Assembly (NCBI RefSeq): GCF_000017305.1
Contig: NC_009664.2
Location: 270,001-302,000, forward strand
DNA from: Kineococcus radiotolerans SRS30216 = ATCC BAA-149
Lineage (GTDB): Bacteria > Actinomycetota > Actinomycetes > Actinomycetales > Kineococcaceae
Direction of reading: 5' to 3'
Length of the DNA: 32,000 nt
A model generated the notes under the pieces. The model was not told the origin of the DNA, did not search any database, and saw nothing but the letters and a program-made list of their open reading frames with translations. This document shows, one piece after another, positions 1-8,725 of this stretch (positions within the stretch are counted from its first letter, which is position 1; each line of letters begins with the position of its first letter). A program made the translations under genes and the position numbers.

Positions 1-863
1 CGGTGGTGCTCGGCCAGGAGGGTGTCGAGGACCTCCTGGGATCCGGTACCCGGAACCGGGGAGAACAACGTGACGATCAACCCCTCGTCGCCCGGGGGCT
101 GCAACGTCTCGTAGTCGTAGGTGTACTGGCCCGCGCGGGGGTGCAGCAGCCGGTGGCGGCCGTGCGTGGAACCGTCGACGTCGGGCATCGACCACAGCCG
201 CCGGAACTCCTCGCTGCGGTCCAGCAGTTCCTGCACGAGCTGCTGGACCCGTTCGTCGTGGGGGTGCAGAGCGGCCTGCACGCGCAGACCCGCGACCCCG
301 GCCCGGGCTCCCAGCGACCAGTCGGCCACCAGGACGCGCGCGTAGGGCTCCAGGAAGTGGTCCCGGACCAGGTTCTTGTCCCGGGTCAGGGACTGGCCCG
401 GAGGGGTGATCAGCAGTCGCCACACCAGGTTCGCGGCGACGACGTCCAGGCTGGGCGTGAGGACGGCGGCGGGCACGGCGAAGGAATCGGCCAGGGCCAG
501 CAGGGACGGCCGCGCGGGAGCCTGCGCCCGCGAGGACCTGCGGCGCGCCGGTGACGCGGCCAGGCGGTGCAGGTGCGCGCTCTCCTCCGGCGTGGCCCGC
601 AGGGCGCGGCCCAGCGCGGTCAGCACCGCGGGGGAGACTTCGCCGACGCGCCCCTGCTCGATGCGGGTGTAGTAGTCCAGGCTCACACCGGCCAGGTCGG
701 CCACCTCCTGGCGGCGCAGCCCCGGGACCCGGCGGGAGGCACCCGAGCCGCCCGGTCCCGCCGGCCCGGCGTGCACGGGCCACCCGACGTCCTCCGGTCG
801 GCGGCGGTTGCGCAGGGCGCGCAGGAACGCCCCGAGACCGGCGCCGCCCGAGGCCCCCTCCAC
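1..863 (-). CDS. MmyB-like (XRE-family HTH) transcriptional regulator; 3' end runs off the window start
   Basis: I translated the minus strand by hand (this ORF is not in the track because it is open to the window edge). From the GTG at 863 it reads VEGASGGAGLGAFLRALRNRRRPEDVG...RRVPGLRRQEVADLAGVSLDYYTRIEQGRVGEVSPAVLTALGRAL... and continues to ...DKNLVRD...HPRAGQYTYDYETLQPPGDEGLIVTLFSPVPGTGSQEVLDTLLAEHH. It is colinear with the full-length paralogue at 4223-5146. About 287 codons are present, so only a few C-terminal residues are missing. Confidence 0.8.
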   Translation of the reverse strand, partial: MEGASGGAGLGAFLRALRNRRRPEDVGWPVHAGPAGPGGSGASRRVPGLRRQEVADLAGVSLDYYTRIEQGRVGEVSPAVLTALGRALRATPEESAHLHRLAASPARRRSSRAQAPARPSLLALADSFAVPAAVLTPSLDVVAANLVWRLLITPPGQSLTRDKNLVRDHFLEPYARVLVADWSLGARAGVAGLRVQAALHPHDERVQQLVQELLDRSEEFRRLWSMPDVDGSTHGRHRLLHPRAGQYTYDYETLQPPGDEGLIVTLFSPVPGTGSQEVLDTLLAEHH

Positions 864-1079
864 CGGTTCCCCCGCGCGCTCGGGAGCACCACCGGGTGCC
901 GCGGCTCCGCCGCGGTCATCGTCGCGGGGTGAGGGTCCCGGGGAGGAGGTGCCCCCCGAGGCGGGCGTCACCGTCGGGGTTCCCGCACCGTCACGGCACG
1001 GGAGGGGGGTGGCAGGGGGCACGGGTTCCTCCGGGGTCGCCGACGCGGGGGTGGGCAGGTCACCCGGCAACCCTACGAT

Positions 1080-1096
1080 CCGCGGGGTCCCCGCGG
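1080..1096. terminator. GC-rich perfect palindrome CCGCGGGG-T-CCCCGCGG downstream of the GNAT operon; possible terminator or operator
   Basis: An 8-nt inverted repeat is read directly from the sequence, 93 nt downstream of the GNAT stop on the minus strand. It has no U tract. A near-identical palindrome lies at 30783-30801. Confidence 0.3.
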
Positions 1097-1188
1097 CCGC
1101 GGTGAACCGGGGGAACCCCCGTCGGCAGGACGGCCGAGGGAGGTGCGGGCGCGTCCGGCGCAGCGGTGCCGGGGAGCCGGGTACGGCC

Positions 1189-1539
1189 TCAGTCGGCGGT
1201 GGTCAGCGATCCGGGCGTGGTGGAGGTGAAGACCAGGTCGCCGTACTCCTGCGGGTGGCGGCGGACGAAGGCGGCGACGAAGGGGCACAGGGGCATCACC
1301 CGCAGCTGCCGGCGGCGGACGTCGTCCAGGGCACGGGCTACCAGCGTGGTAGCGATGCCCCGCCCTTCGAAGCCGGGCAGCACCTCGGTGTGGGAGAAGA
1401 CGAGGAACTCCCGGGTGGGCAGGTACTCCGCGATCGCGGCCAGCTGCCCCTCGACGCGGGCTTCGTAGCGGTGCCGGTCCGCGACGTCGGTGACGGCGAC
1501 CGCGTCCGGCGCGGGGGCGGACGACGACGGGGCGCTCAC
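1189..1539 (-). CDS. Small GNAT-family N-acetyltransferase (YjdJ-like single-domain GNAT)
   Basis: This is the C-terminal 116 aa of track ORF 1189..1740. It contains ...YLPTREFLVFSHTEVLPGFEGRGIATTLVARALDDVRRRQLRVMPLCPFVAAFVRRHPQEYGDLV, the typical HTEV...GQGIA...CPFV pattern. I chose the GTG at 1539 because it forms a GTGA overlap with the stop of the upstream gene. The longer N-terminus in the track is Arg/Pro junk. Confidence 0.8.
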   Translation of the reverse strand: MSAPSSSAPAPDAVAVTDVADRHRYEARVEGQLAAIAEYLPTREFLVFSHTEVLPGFEGRGIATTLVARALDDVRRRQLRVMPLCPFVAAFVRRHPQEYGDLVFTSTTPGSLTTAD

Positions 1540-1835
1540 GGGTGCGAGGGCGCCGCGGGGGCACCGGGTCGGTGGAAGCCGACGCCGTCGGGGTAGCACC
1601 AGTACCACTCCTCGCCGGGCTCGTAGGAGCGCACGAGGGGGTGGCCGCTGCTGCGGTGGTGGGCGGTGGCGTGGGTGTTCGGGGAGGAGTCGCAGCACCC
1701 GACGTGCCCGCAGCTGCTGCACATGCGCAGGTGCACCCACTGCCCCCCGGCGCGCAGGCAGTCCTCGCAGCCGGTGGCGCTGGGCAGGGCGGCGTCGTCC
1801 ACGGACCCCAGGTGGGTGCAGGCGGTGGTGCTCAC
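1536..1835 (-). CDS. UBP-type zinc-finger domain protein
   Basis: The 99-aa ORF reads CEDCL...WVHLRMCSSCGHVGCCDSSPNTHATAHHRSSGHPL...WYWCY. This is the Cys/His pattern of zf-UBP. Start and stop both lie in GTGA overlaps. Confidence 0.85.
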   Translation of the reverse strand: MSTTACTHLGSVDDAALPSATGCEDCLRAGGQWVHLRMCSSCGHVGCCDSSPNTHATAHHRSSGHPLVRSYEPGEEWYWCYPDGVGFHRPGAPAAPSHP

Positions 1836-2143
1836 GGGGTGCTCCTCTCCTCGTCGGTGCCAGCCTCCACCGTCAACGCCGGCGCGTCCAGGGTGGCCGG
1901 CGACTCCCCCGGGCTCACGGTCCTGGGCGCCGGCAGGTGCTCGTGGGCGCGTTCGATCTCGGTCTGCAACTCCTCCGGCCCGCGGTCGGCGCGCGACACC
2001 ACGTCGGCCCAGCGGGCGGCGACGACCTCACGACGCTGCTGCACCGCGCGTTCGTGGCGGGCCCGCACGGCGGCGGTGGCCAGGTGCAGTTCCGCCGCCA
2101 CGCGACGAGCCTCCCCGGACAGGCCGTCCGCGACCCCGCTCAC
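1832..2143 (-). CDS. Hypothetical protein (103 aa, predicted helical, Arg/Glu/Ala-rich)
   Basis: The ORF is in the track and sits in the same operon frame pattern. It has GTGA overlaps with both neighbours and high GC3. I recognise no family. Confidence 0.5.
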   Translation of the reverse strand: MSGVADGLSGEARRVAAELHLATAAVRARHERAVQQRREVVAARWADVVSRADRGPEELQTEIERAHEHLPAPRTVSPGESPATLDAPALTVEAGTDEERSTP

Positions 2144-2271
2144 GCGGGAACCCGGGAACCGGCGAGGACGAGGAACCCGCCCTCCTCCACGTGCAGGTCC
2201 AGGGCCTCCACCGCGGGCCGGTCACCGCCGGGGTGGGTGCGCGTGGCCTCGTCGAACGTGACCGTGGTCAT
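2140..2271 (-). pseudogene. 43-codon remnant of an ABC-transporter ATPase N-terminus (MalK/UgpC-like), truncated before the Walker A motif
   Basis: From the ATG at 2271 it reads MTTVTFDEATRTHPGGDRPAVEALDLHVEEGGFLVLAGSRVPA*. This matches the conserved start of sugar-type ABC ATPases (..V.K.Y.g....a...l.l.i..GEFlVlvGPSGCGKST) up to LVL, then diverges and stops. A strong RBS, GGAAGGAAGGA, lies 5 nt upstream. The stop overlaps the next start (GTGA). Confidence 0.5.
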
Positions 2272-2410
2272 CGTCGTCCTTCCTTCCACCGGCAGGCAGG
2301 TGCCGGACGTCGTCTGGTGGTTCCGCGGGCGAGACGGCCCGGGGTCGGTCGTGGGAGCGGGCCGGGTGCCCGCGCGGGCAGGCACGGGCGGCCGCCCGTG
2401 CGCGACGGGG

Positions 2411-3409
2411 TCAGCGGGTGAGTTCCGCGCGGCCTGCCGCGGAGGCGATGTGGAGGACGCGCTTGCCGCGCACGTGCCGCGCGCCGAGGTCGCGGTACGC
2501 CTGCGCCACCTCGGTCATCGGGTAGGTCGCAGCGATCGGGATGTGCAGGCGCCCCTGGGCGACCAGCTGGGCGAGCTCGGACCACACCTGCGGGGTGTCG
2601 GCCTGCTCCTGCGCCTCGTGCCGCACGCCGTAGCGCTGCACGGCCCGCCCGTCGGCGAGGGTGTTGACGCGGTGGGCGGGAACCCCCAGAGCCAGGGCGA
2701 CCTCGGCGTTGGGGGGGCCGAAGGTGTCCACGCAGGCGTCCAGCCCCTGCGGGGCCGCAGCCCGCACCCGCTCCAGCAACCCCGGCCCGTAGCGCACGGG
2801 GACCGCGCCCAGCGAGGTCAGGAACTCCTCGTTGGCCTCCCCGACGGTCCCCACGACACGGGCACCGCGCAGCAGGGCCAGCTGGGTCGCCACGACCCCC
2901 ACCCCGCCGGCCGCGGCGGATACCAGCACCGTCTCCCCCGCCCGGGGGTCCACCGCGCGCACCGCCGCCCACGCCGTCGCACCGGCCCCGGCGATCGACG
3001 CGGCCTCGTCCCACCCCAGGCCCGGCGGGAGCGGAGCGAGCCGGTCGGGGCTGGTCAGGACGAACTGCGCCTGCGCGGCACGGGGGGTGAAACCCAGCAC
3101 CGCGTCGCCGACCTGCACGCCGTGCACCCCGGGGCCGACCTCGGCCACGACACCGGAGAAGTCGTTGCCCTGGCCCTCGGGGAAGGTCGCCGGCCACATC
3201 AGGGCGAAGGCGCCTTCGCGGATGCCGATCTCACCGGGGTTGAGGGCGGCGGAGACGACCTCCACCACCACCGTGCCGGGGGTGGCGACCGGGCGCGGCA
3301 CGGCGAGGACCTCGAGCACCTCCGGCCCGCCGTAGCGGCGGAAGCGCACCGCCCGGTTCGCCGCTCCCCGTCCTCCCTCCAGGACCGCGCTGTCGGTGGG
3401 GGCGTTCAC
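2411..3409 (-). CDS. NADPH:quinone oxidoreductase / zinc-type alcohol dehydrogenase-like (MDR superfamily)
   Basis: This is the C-terminal 332 aa of track ORF 2411..3790. It contains ...RAVRFRRYGGPEVLEVLAVPRPVATPGTVVVEVVSAALNPGE..., VLVSAAAGGVGVVATQLA (nucleotide-binding motif) and ...GRLHIPIAATYPMTEVAQAYRDL. The GTG at 3409 forms a GTGA overlap with the upstream stop. Confidence 0.85.
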   Translation of the reverse strand: MNAPTDSAVLEGGRGAANRAVRFRRYGGPEVLEVLAVPRPVATPGTVVVEVVSAALNPGEIGIREGAFALMWPATFPEGQGNDFSGVVAEVGPGVHGVQVGDAVLGFTPRAAQAQFVLTSPDRLAPLPPGLGWDEAASIAGAGATAWAAVRAVDPRAGETVLVSAAAGGVGVVATQLALLRGARVVGTVGEANEEFLTSLGAVPVRYGPGLLERVRAAAPQGLDACVDTFGPPNAEVALALGVPAHRVNTLADGRAVQRYGVRHEAQEQADTPQVWSELAQLVAQGRLHIPIAATYPMTEVAQAYRDLGARHVRGKRVLHIASAAGRAELTR

Positions 3410-4017
3410 CGCACGACCTGGACGTTGTAGGTCGTGGAACCGGTGACGCCCATCAGGGCCATCGACAGGAACAGGTAGTGCTCGCTGGCGCGAGCGGTCT
3501 GGATGTCGCCGAGGTCGACCTGCGTCTCCTCCTGCCACCCCAGGTCCCCCAGCAGGATCGAGGCGACCTGCTTGGCTTCGCCGTCGTCGCCGGAGAGGAA
3601 CACCGAGCTGGGACCGGCCAGGGACTTCGGCTCGGCCATCACCGCCGCCGGCACCGTGTTGAGGGTCTTGACCACGCGGGTGGCGGGGAAGGTCCGCTGC
3701 AGCAGCGCCCCCAGGCTGGCGTTGGGGTAGGCGAGGGTGAACTGGGCGGTCAAGGCGTTGGCGACGTCGATGAGCACCTTGCCCTCCCACGCCGCCGCTC
3801 CCACCTGCTGCAGGATGTCCACGCTCTGGACGCCGGGCAGGGCGTTGACCACGACCTGGGCCGCGCCGGCCGCGTCCGCCAGGGTCGCCACCGGCAGGCC
3901 GTGACCGCTGCGGGCGGCGACGTCACGGGCCCCGACCACCACGTCGTGCCCGCTGCGGGCCCACCCCTGGGCCAGGACCGAGCCGACGTTGCCTGCACCG
4001 AGCACTGCGATCCGCAT
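3406..4017 (-). CDS. NADP oxidoreductase, coenzyme F420-dependent type (ProC/NpdG-like Rossmann protein)
   Basis: From the ATG at 4017 it reads MRIAVLGAGNVGSVLAQGWARSGHDVVVGARD..., a GxGxxG Rossmann N-terminus. The RBS AAGGGGAA lies upstream. The 18 extra codons in the track ORF are unlikely to be translated. Confidence 0.8.
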   Translation of the reverse strand: MRIAVLGAGNVGSVLAQGWARSGHDVVVGARDVAARSGHGLPVATLADAAGAAQVVVNALPGVQSVDILQQVGAAAWEGKVLIDVANALTAQFTLAYPNASLGALLQRTFPATRVVKTLNTVPAAVMAEPKSLAGPSSVFLSGDDGEAKQVASILLGDLGWQEETQVDLGDIQTARASEHYLFLSMALMGVTGSTTYNVQVVR

Positions 4018-4222
4018 CGCGTTCCCCTTCCGAGCGTTGATCCGGACTGCAGTCTCACCGGGACCCGGCACGGGTGGGAGGCCCCACCACTCCTACCCAC
4101 CGCGGCGAGGAGGTGGGTTCGGTCTCCTCGGCACTGCCGCAACGGGTCCGGCGGGTGCGGGCAGGGAACGGGGGCTGAGCAGACGTTGCCCTCGCGGTGA
4201 GCCGGACCTACCCTGACCTGCC

Positions 4223-5146
4223 ATGGCGAAGCAGAGCGAACTCGGCAGCTTCCTGCGTGCCAGGCGTGCCGCCACCTCTCCCGACGACGTCGGCCTGCGC
4301 TCGCTGGGCCCGCGCCGCGTCCCCGGACTGCGCCGCGACGAGGTCGCTCAGCTGGCCGGGGTCAGCGTGGACTACTACACCCGCCTGGAGCAGGGGCGCG
4401 AGACGCACCCCTCCGCCCAGGTGCTCGACGCCCTCGCCCACGTCCTGGGCATGAGCCCGGAGGAGCGACGGCACACGTACTCCCTGGCGCAGCTGGCGTG
4501 GACACCGCCCCTGCCCTCCGCCCGCGCGCCGATGGATGCCTCGCTGGTGGGGCTGATGAACACCTGGCCGGACGCCGCCTGCTTCGTGCTCGACCCGGTC
4601 CTGGACATCCTCGAGATGAACCCCCTGGCGCGCAGGCTGTTCACCCCCTTCCGGTCGACGGAGAACCTCGTCGCCATGGTCTTCCTGGACCCGGCCGGGC
4701 CGCGGTTCTACACCGACTGGCAGCGCGCCGCGAGCAGCTGCGTGGCCAACCTGCACGCGACGGCGGACGTCCACGTCGGCGCCTCCCGCCGCGAGGAGCT
4801 CATCAGGACCCTGCGCGCCGGCAGCGACGCCTTCGCGCAGTTGTGGTCCGCGCACGACGTCAAACCGAAGACCCACGACAGCAAGGAATTGTTCCACCCC
4901 GCCGTGGGGGCGATCACCGTGCAGTTCGACGCCCTGGAGGTCTCGGCGATGCCGGGCCACCAGCTCGTCGTCTACCGCGCGGAGCCGGCCAGCGTCAGCG
5001 GCCGGCGCCTGCGCGCCCTGGCCGAGGCCGACCCGGCCTCGCTGTCCGCCGCCTCCTCCTCCTGGACCTCCGACCGGGCGGTCAGCACGCCCAGCACGGA
5101 CCCGGCCTCGTCGAGGGTGGTCCTGGGCGCTGCTGGGGAGCAGTAG
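4223..5146 (+). CDS. MmyB-like (XRE-family HTH) transcriptional regulator, full length
   Basis: The sequence reads MAKQSELGSFLRARRAATSPDDVGL...RRVPGLRRDEVAQLAGVSVDYYTRLEQGRETHPSAQVLDALAHVLGMSPEERRH, followed by an MmyB C-terminal ligand-type domain (..NPLARRLF..DW..LW..HDV..HP.VG..). It is divergent from the oxidoreductase operon. Confidence 0.9.
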   Translation: MAKQSELGSFLRARRAATSPDDVGLRSLGPRRVPGLRRDEVAQLAGVSVDYYTRLEQGRETHPSAQVLDALAHVLGMSPEERRHTYSLAQLAWTPPLPSARAPMDASLVGLMNTWPDAACFVLDPVLDILEMNPLARRLFTPFRSTENLVAMVFLDPAGPRFYTDWQRAASSCVANLHATADVHVGASRREELIRTLRAGSDAFAQLWSAHDVKPKTHDSKELFHPAVGAITVQFDALEVSAMPGHQLVVYRAEPASVSGRRLRALAEADPASLSAASSSWTSDRAVSTPSTDPASSRVVLGAAGEQ

Positions 5147-5187
5147 GACACCCAGGTTCGGCCGCGGGCACGGACCTACGGTGGCGG

Positions 5188-5835
5188 GTGTGCCCTGAAC
5201 CGCCCCGCCCGCTCGCCGCTTCGGCGTCGCTGAGCAGCGCGCTCGACGTCCTCTGGACCGATCGCCGGTGGCGGCTCCTGCACGCACCGCTGGGGGAGGT
5301 CACCAACCTCGCCCGGGCCGTTTTCCTGCACCCCGACGCCAGCTGGTTCTTCCTGGACCACCAGCAGGTGCAGCTCGCCGTGGTGGCTCAGCTGCGGGCG
5401 GCAGCACCGGGCAGCGCACCGGGCCCCAGGGCGGGCCCCGGGGCGGGCGCCGGCGACGCCGTCACGTGCGCGGGTCGCGCGTGCCCCGAGGCCGAGCCCG
5501 CCGGCGGAGCCGCCGCAGGGCCGCGGGGGGTCTCCACCGCGACCCGCCGCACCGACCGCGCCCGCCCCGGCGGCGCGCCGGGAGGTGGCGGCGAGCGCGG
5601 GCGCCTCGTGGTGGAGGAACTGCGGGCGCTGAGCCCGCCCTTCCGGCGCCTGTGGTCCGGGCTGCGCACCCGGTACCGCCCCCGCACCTCCTACGCCGTG
5701 CACCACCCCGACCTGGGACCGGTCGCGCTGGAACGGTTCGTCAGCTGGACCGCCGGCACCCACTGGCACGAACGGGTCCAGCCCGCGGGAGGGGACCGGG
5801 CCGCTGAGGTGCTGAGCCTGCTCGACCTGCTCTGA
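5188..5835 (+). CDS. MmyB-like C-terminal domain protein lacking the HTH (truncated paralogue, possibly a pseudogene)
   Basis: This is the frame of track ORF 4498..5835 downstream of the 5146 stop. It contains ..NLARAVFLHPDASWFFLDHQQVQLAVVAQLRAAA.., a roughly 65-aa Gly/Ala/Pro/Arg low-complexity stretch, then ..LVVEELRALSPPFRRLWSGLRTRYRPRTSYAVHHPDLGPVALERF..EVLSLLDLL. It is colinear with the C-terminal domain of 4223-5146. GC3 is high in this frame. The GTG start at 5188 is a guess. Confidence 0.5.
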   Translation: MCPEPPRPLAASASLSSALDVLWTDRRWRLLHAPLGEVTNLARAVFLHPDASWFFLDHQQVQLAVVAQLRAAAPGSAPGPRAGPGAGAGDAVTCAGRACPEAEPAGGAAAGPRGVSTATRRTDRARPGGAPGGGGERGRLVVEELRALSPPFRRLWSGLRTRYRPRTSYAVHHPDLGPVALERFVSWTAGTHWHERVQPAGGDRAAEVLSLLDLL

Positions 5836-5982
5836 GCACGGACTCCCCGCCCGGGGACGGGGCCGCGGTGCTGCCTGGCCCCATCACACCCTGGTTGCGC
5901 ACCGCGTCCCCTCGCACTCTCGTCCCGGAACCGCACCCCGCCCCGCGGTTCCTCCACCGCTCTCGCAGGAAGGACCACGACG

Positions 5983-7383
5983 ATGACCGCTCTGCCGATC
6001 GACTCCCCCCAGGCCCGTGAGGCGCTGCTGACGCGCCCCGGCACCCGTCCCCTGCTGCTGACCGGCGCCGTGATCGTCACCCAGGACCCCCGGGTGGGGG
6101 TCCTCTCCCCCGGCGACCTGCTCGTGCACGGCACCCGCATCGAAGCCGTCGGCCCGGTCGGCACCCTGGAGCACAGCGCGGACACCCTCGTCCTCGACGC
6201 CACCGGCTACCTCCTCGCCCCGGGTTTCGTCGACACCCACCGCCACGCCTGGGAGGCGCAGCTGCGCCAGCTGATGCCGGACGTCGACGACCTCGGCGAG
6301 TACGTCACCTCCACCCTGGTCGGCCTCGCCCCGGCCTACCGGCCCGAGGACGTCTACCTCGGGACCCGGCTCGCGGCACTGACCGCCATCGACAGCGGCA
6401 TCACCTGCATGCTCGACTTCGCCCACAACGCCCGCAGCGCCGCCCACTCCGACGCCGGGGTGCAGGCGTTGCTGGACACCGGGATCCGCGGCGTGCACGC
6501 CTCCATGCGCCCGCACTTCGGCGCCTGGGACGGGCAGTGGCCCAAGGACCTCACCCGGCTGCGGGAGCAGTACTTCGCCACCGACGACCAGTTGCTCACC
6601 CTGCGCGTCGCCGCCCTGGCCACCGACGAGATCGCCGGCCCGGAACTCGCCTACGGGCCCGAACTGGCGCAGGTGGCCGCCGACCTGGGCGTGGGGGTCA
6701 GCGTCGACGCGGTGTTCGACGCCTGCGGATCGCGCGCCATCCGCGCCTGGGAGCAGGCCGGCCTCCTCTCCCCCGACGTCACCCTCATCCACTGCAACGG
6801 CCTGGACGCCGACGCCTGGCGGGCCGTGGCCGCCACCGGGACCACGATCTCCACCGCCCCCACCTCCGAGGCGCAGATCGGCCTGGAGAACGCCGTCCCC
6901 GCCGTCGACGAAGCCCTGGCCGTGGGCATCCGCCCCGGCCTCAGCATCGACGTCGAGGTCGCCCTGGCCAGCGACATGAGCACCCAGATGCGGGCGCTGC
7001 TGGCCATCCAGCGGATGCGGGCCGTCGAGCGCGCCCACGGCAGCGGTGAGCAGGCACCCCCGCGCATCGGCGTGCAGGACGTCCTCGACTTCGCCACCAC
7101 CGACGGTGCCCGCACCAACGGCCTGGGCGACGTCACCGGCTCGCTGAGCGCGGGCAAGCAGGCCGACGTCCTCGTCGTCGACGCGCGAGCGGTCAACACC
7201 ATGCCCGCCAACGACCCCGTCGGCACGGTCGTGCTGTCCGCCGACGCCCGCAACATCCAGGGCGTCCTCGTCGCCGGCACCCCGCGCAAGTGGGCGGGAG
7301 AACTGCTCGGCGTGGACGTCCGCGCCCTGCACGACGAGGTGGTCGCCTCCCGCGACGCCGTCCTGGCCCGCGCCGGACGCTGA
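5983..7383 (+). CDS. Amidohydrolase-family metallohydrolase (cytosine/guanine-deaminase-like superfamily)
   Basis: The 466-aa ORF contains GFVDTHRHAWE (the HxH metal motif), a ..IHCN.. His and a late DAR..N region. The RBS AGGAAGGA lies upstream of the ATG. Confidence 0.9.
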   Translation: MTALPIDSPQAREALLTRPGTRPLLLTGAVIVTQDPRVGVLSPGDLLVHGTRIEAVGPVGTLEHSADTLVLDATGYLLAPGFVDTHRHAWEAQLRQLMPDVDDLGEYVTSTLVGLAPAYRPEDVYLGTRLAALTAIDSGITCMLDFAHNARSAAHSDAGVQALLDTGIRGVHASMRPHFGAWDGQWPKDLTRLREQYFATDDQLLTLRVAALATDEIAGPELAYGPELAQVAADLGVGVSVDAVFDACGSRAIRAWEQAGLLSPDVTLIHCNGLDADAWRAVAATGTTISTAPTSEAQIGLENAVPAVDEALAVGIRPGLSIDVEVALASDMSTQMRALLAIQRMRAVERAHGSGEQAPPRIGVQDVLDFATTDGARTNGLGDVTGSLSAGKQADVLVVDARAVNTMPANDPVGTVVLSADARNIQGVLVAGTPRKWAGELLGVDVRALHDEVVASRDAVLARAGR

Positions 7384-7766
7384 ACGACCCGGGCGCGGAG
7401 TTCCCGGACCCCTCGTGGCTCGTCCCCGCAGCGACCGTCACCACGGACCGACGCCGTCGTGACGGTTCCGTCGCCCCCTGGTGCGAGCGACGACCCGAAG
7501 GGGCGCAACCCGACCGGGTGGCTGCACCACTGCCTGGTTCACCCCCCCGGGAACCGGGCAACCTGGGATCGGGTCGCCGGCGACGGCACCTCGGGGCGAT
7601 CGCACCACCCCAGCAGGAACCCGGGCCGGCAGCGAGCCGACCTCGCCGGCGCACCGCGCGGCGGAACAGATCGAACGACCCGCGAGCGGGGACCCGGGAC
7701 GCCCGGCCCCCGCGACGCAGCACCAGACCCCACCGACCACGACGATGACGAAGGGATGCACCCCCG

Positions 7767-8666
7767 ATGACCACCTGGCTGATCAGCGGCGCCGCCCGCG
7801 GCCTGGGCGCCGAGATCGCCCGCGCCGCCCTGCGCGCCGGCGACGACGTCGTCCTCACCGCCCGCCGCACCGACCGCCTGCCCACCGACCTCCAGGCGTC
7901 CGAGCACCTGCTGCCCCTGGCCCTCGACGTCACCGACCACGCCGCGATCCCGGCCGTCGTGCAGGCCGCCGTCGACCGCTTCGGCGGCATCGACGTCCTG
8001 GTCAACAACGCCGGCCGCGGCCTGCTCGGCGCGGTCGAGGAGGTCAGCGACGCCGAAGCGCGTTCGGTCTTCGACCTCAACGTCTTCGGCCTGCTCGCCC
8101 TGACCCGGGCCGTCCTGCCGGTGATGCGCCGCCAGCGCTCGGGCAAGCTCGTCCACATCGGCTCCCGCTCCGGTTTCGAGGGCGAACCCGGTGTCGGTCT
8201 CTACAGCGCCACCAAGTTCGCCGTCGCCGGGATCAGCGAGGCGCTCGCCGCGGAACTGGCCCCGTTCGGCATCCAGTCCACGGTCGTCGAGCCCGGCGTC
8301 TTCCGCACCGACTTCCTCGACGCCAGTTCCCTCTCGCTGCCCGCGCAGCGGATCGCGGACTACGACGGCACCCCCGCCCACGTCACCCTCGACTGGAGCT
8401 CGCAGGCCAACCACAGCCAGCTGGGCGACCCCGTCAAGGGCGCCGCGCTCATCCGCGAGGTCGTCGCCGGCGACGTGCTGCCCTCCCACCTCTACCTGGG
8501 TCGCGACGCCGTCGAACGCCGCGAAACCCTGATCGAGCGGATCCACGACGACCTCGCCGCCTGGCGGGAGGCCTCCATCGCCACCGCCCACGACGACACC
8601 GCCGAGGGGGCGGCCGACGTCGTCCCGCAGCGGCGCAGCCCCAGCGCGTCCCTGACCGACGCCTGA
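7767..8666 (+). CDS. SDR-family oxidoreductase
   Basis: The sequence reads MTTWLISGAARGLGAEIARAAL... (a TGxxxGxG-type motif), NNAG, and YSATKFAVAG (YxxxK). Confidence 0.9.
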   Translation: MTTWLISGAARGLGAEIARAALRAGDDVVLTARRTDRLPTDLQASEHLLPLALDVTDHAAIPAVVQAAVDRFGGIDVLVNNAGRGLLGAVEEVSDAEARSVFDLNVFGLLALTRAVLPVMRRQRSGKLVHIGSRSGFEGEPGVGLYSATKFAVAGISEALAAELAPFGIQSTVVEPGVFRTDFLDASSLSLPAQRIADYDGTPAHVTLDWSSQANHSQLGDPVKGAALIREVVAGDVLPSHLYLGRDAVERRETLIERIHDDLAAWREASIATAHDDTAEGAADVVPQRRSPSASLTDA

Positions 8667-8725
8667 GCACCGACGCCGGTCGCACCCGAACGAACCCCGA
8701 ACCCCGAACCGTGAAGGAGAAACCC

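Noticed and set aside
2411-3790. A single 459-aa fusion ORF covering the quinone oxidoreductase and part of the F420-type reductase region.
   Set aside because: The N-terminal 127 codons are out of frame with the real upstream gene and lack coding character. A GTGA junction at 3406-3409 cleanly separates the two genes.
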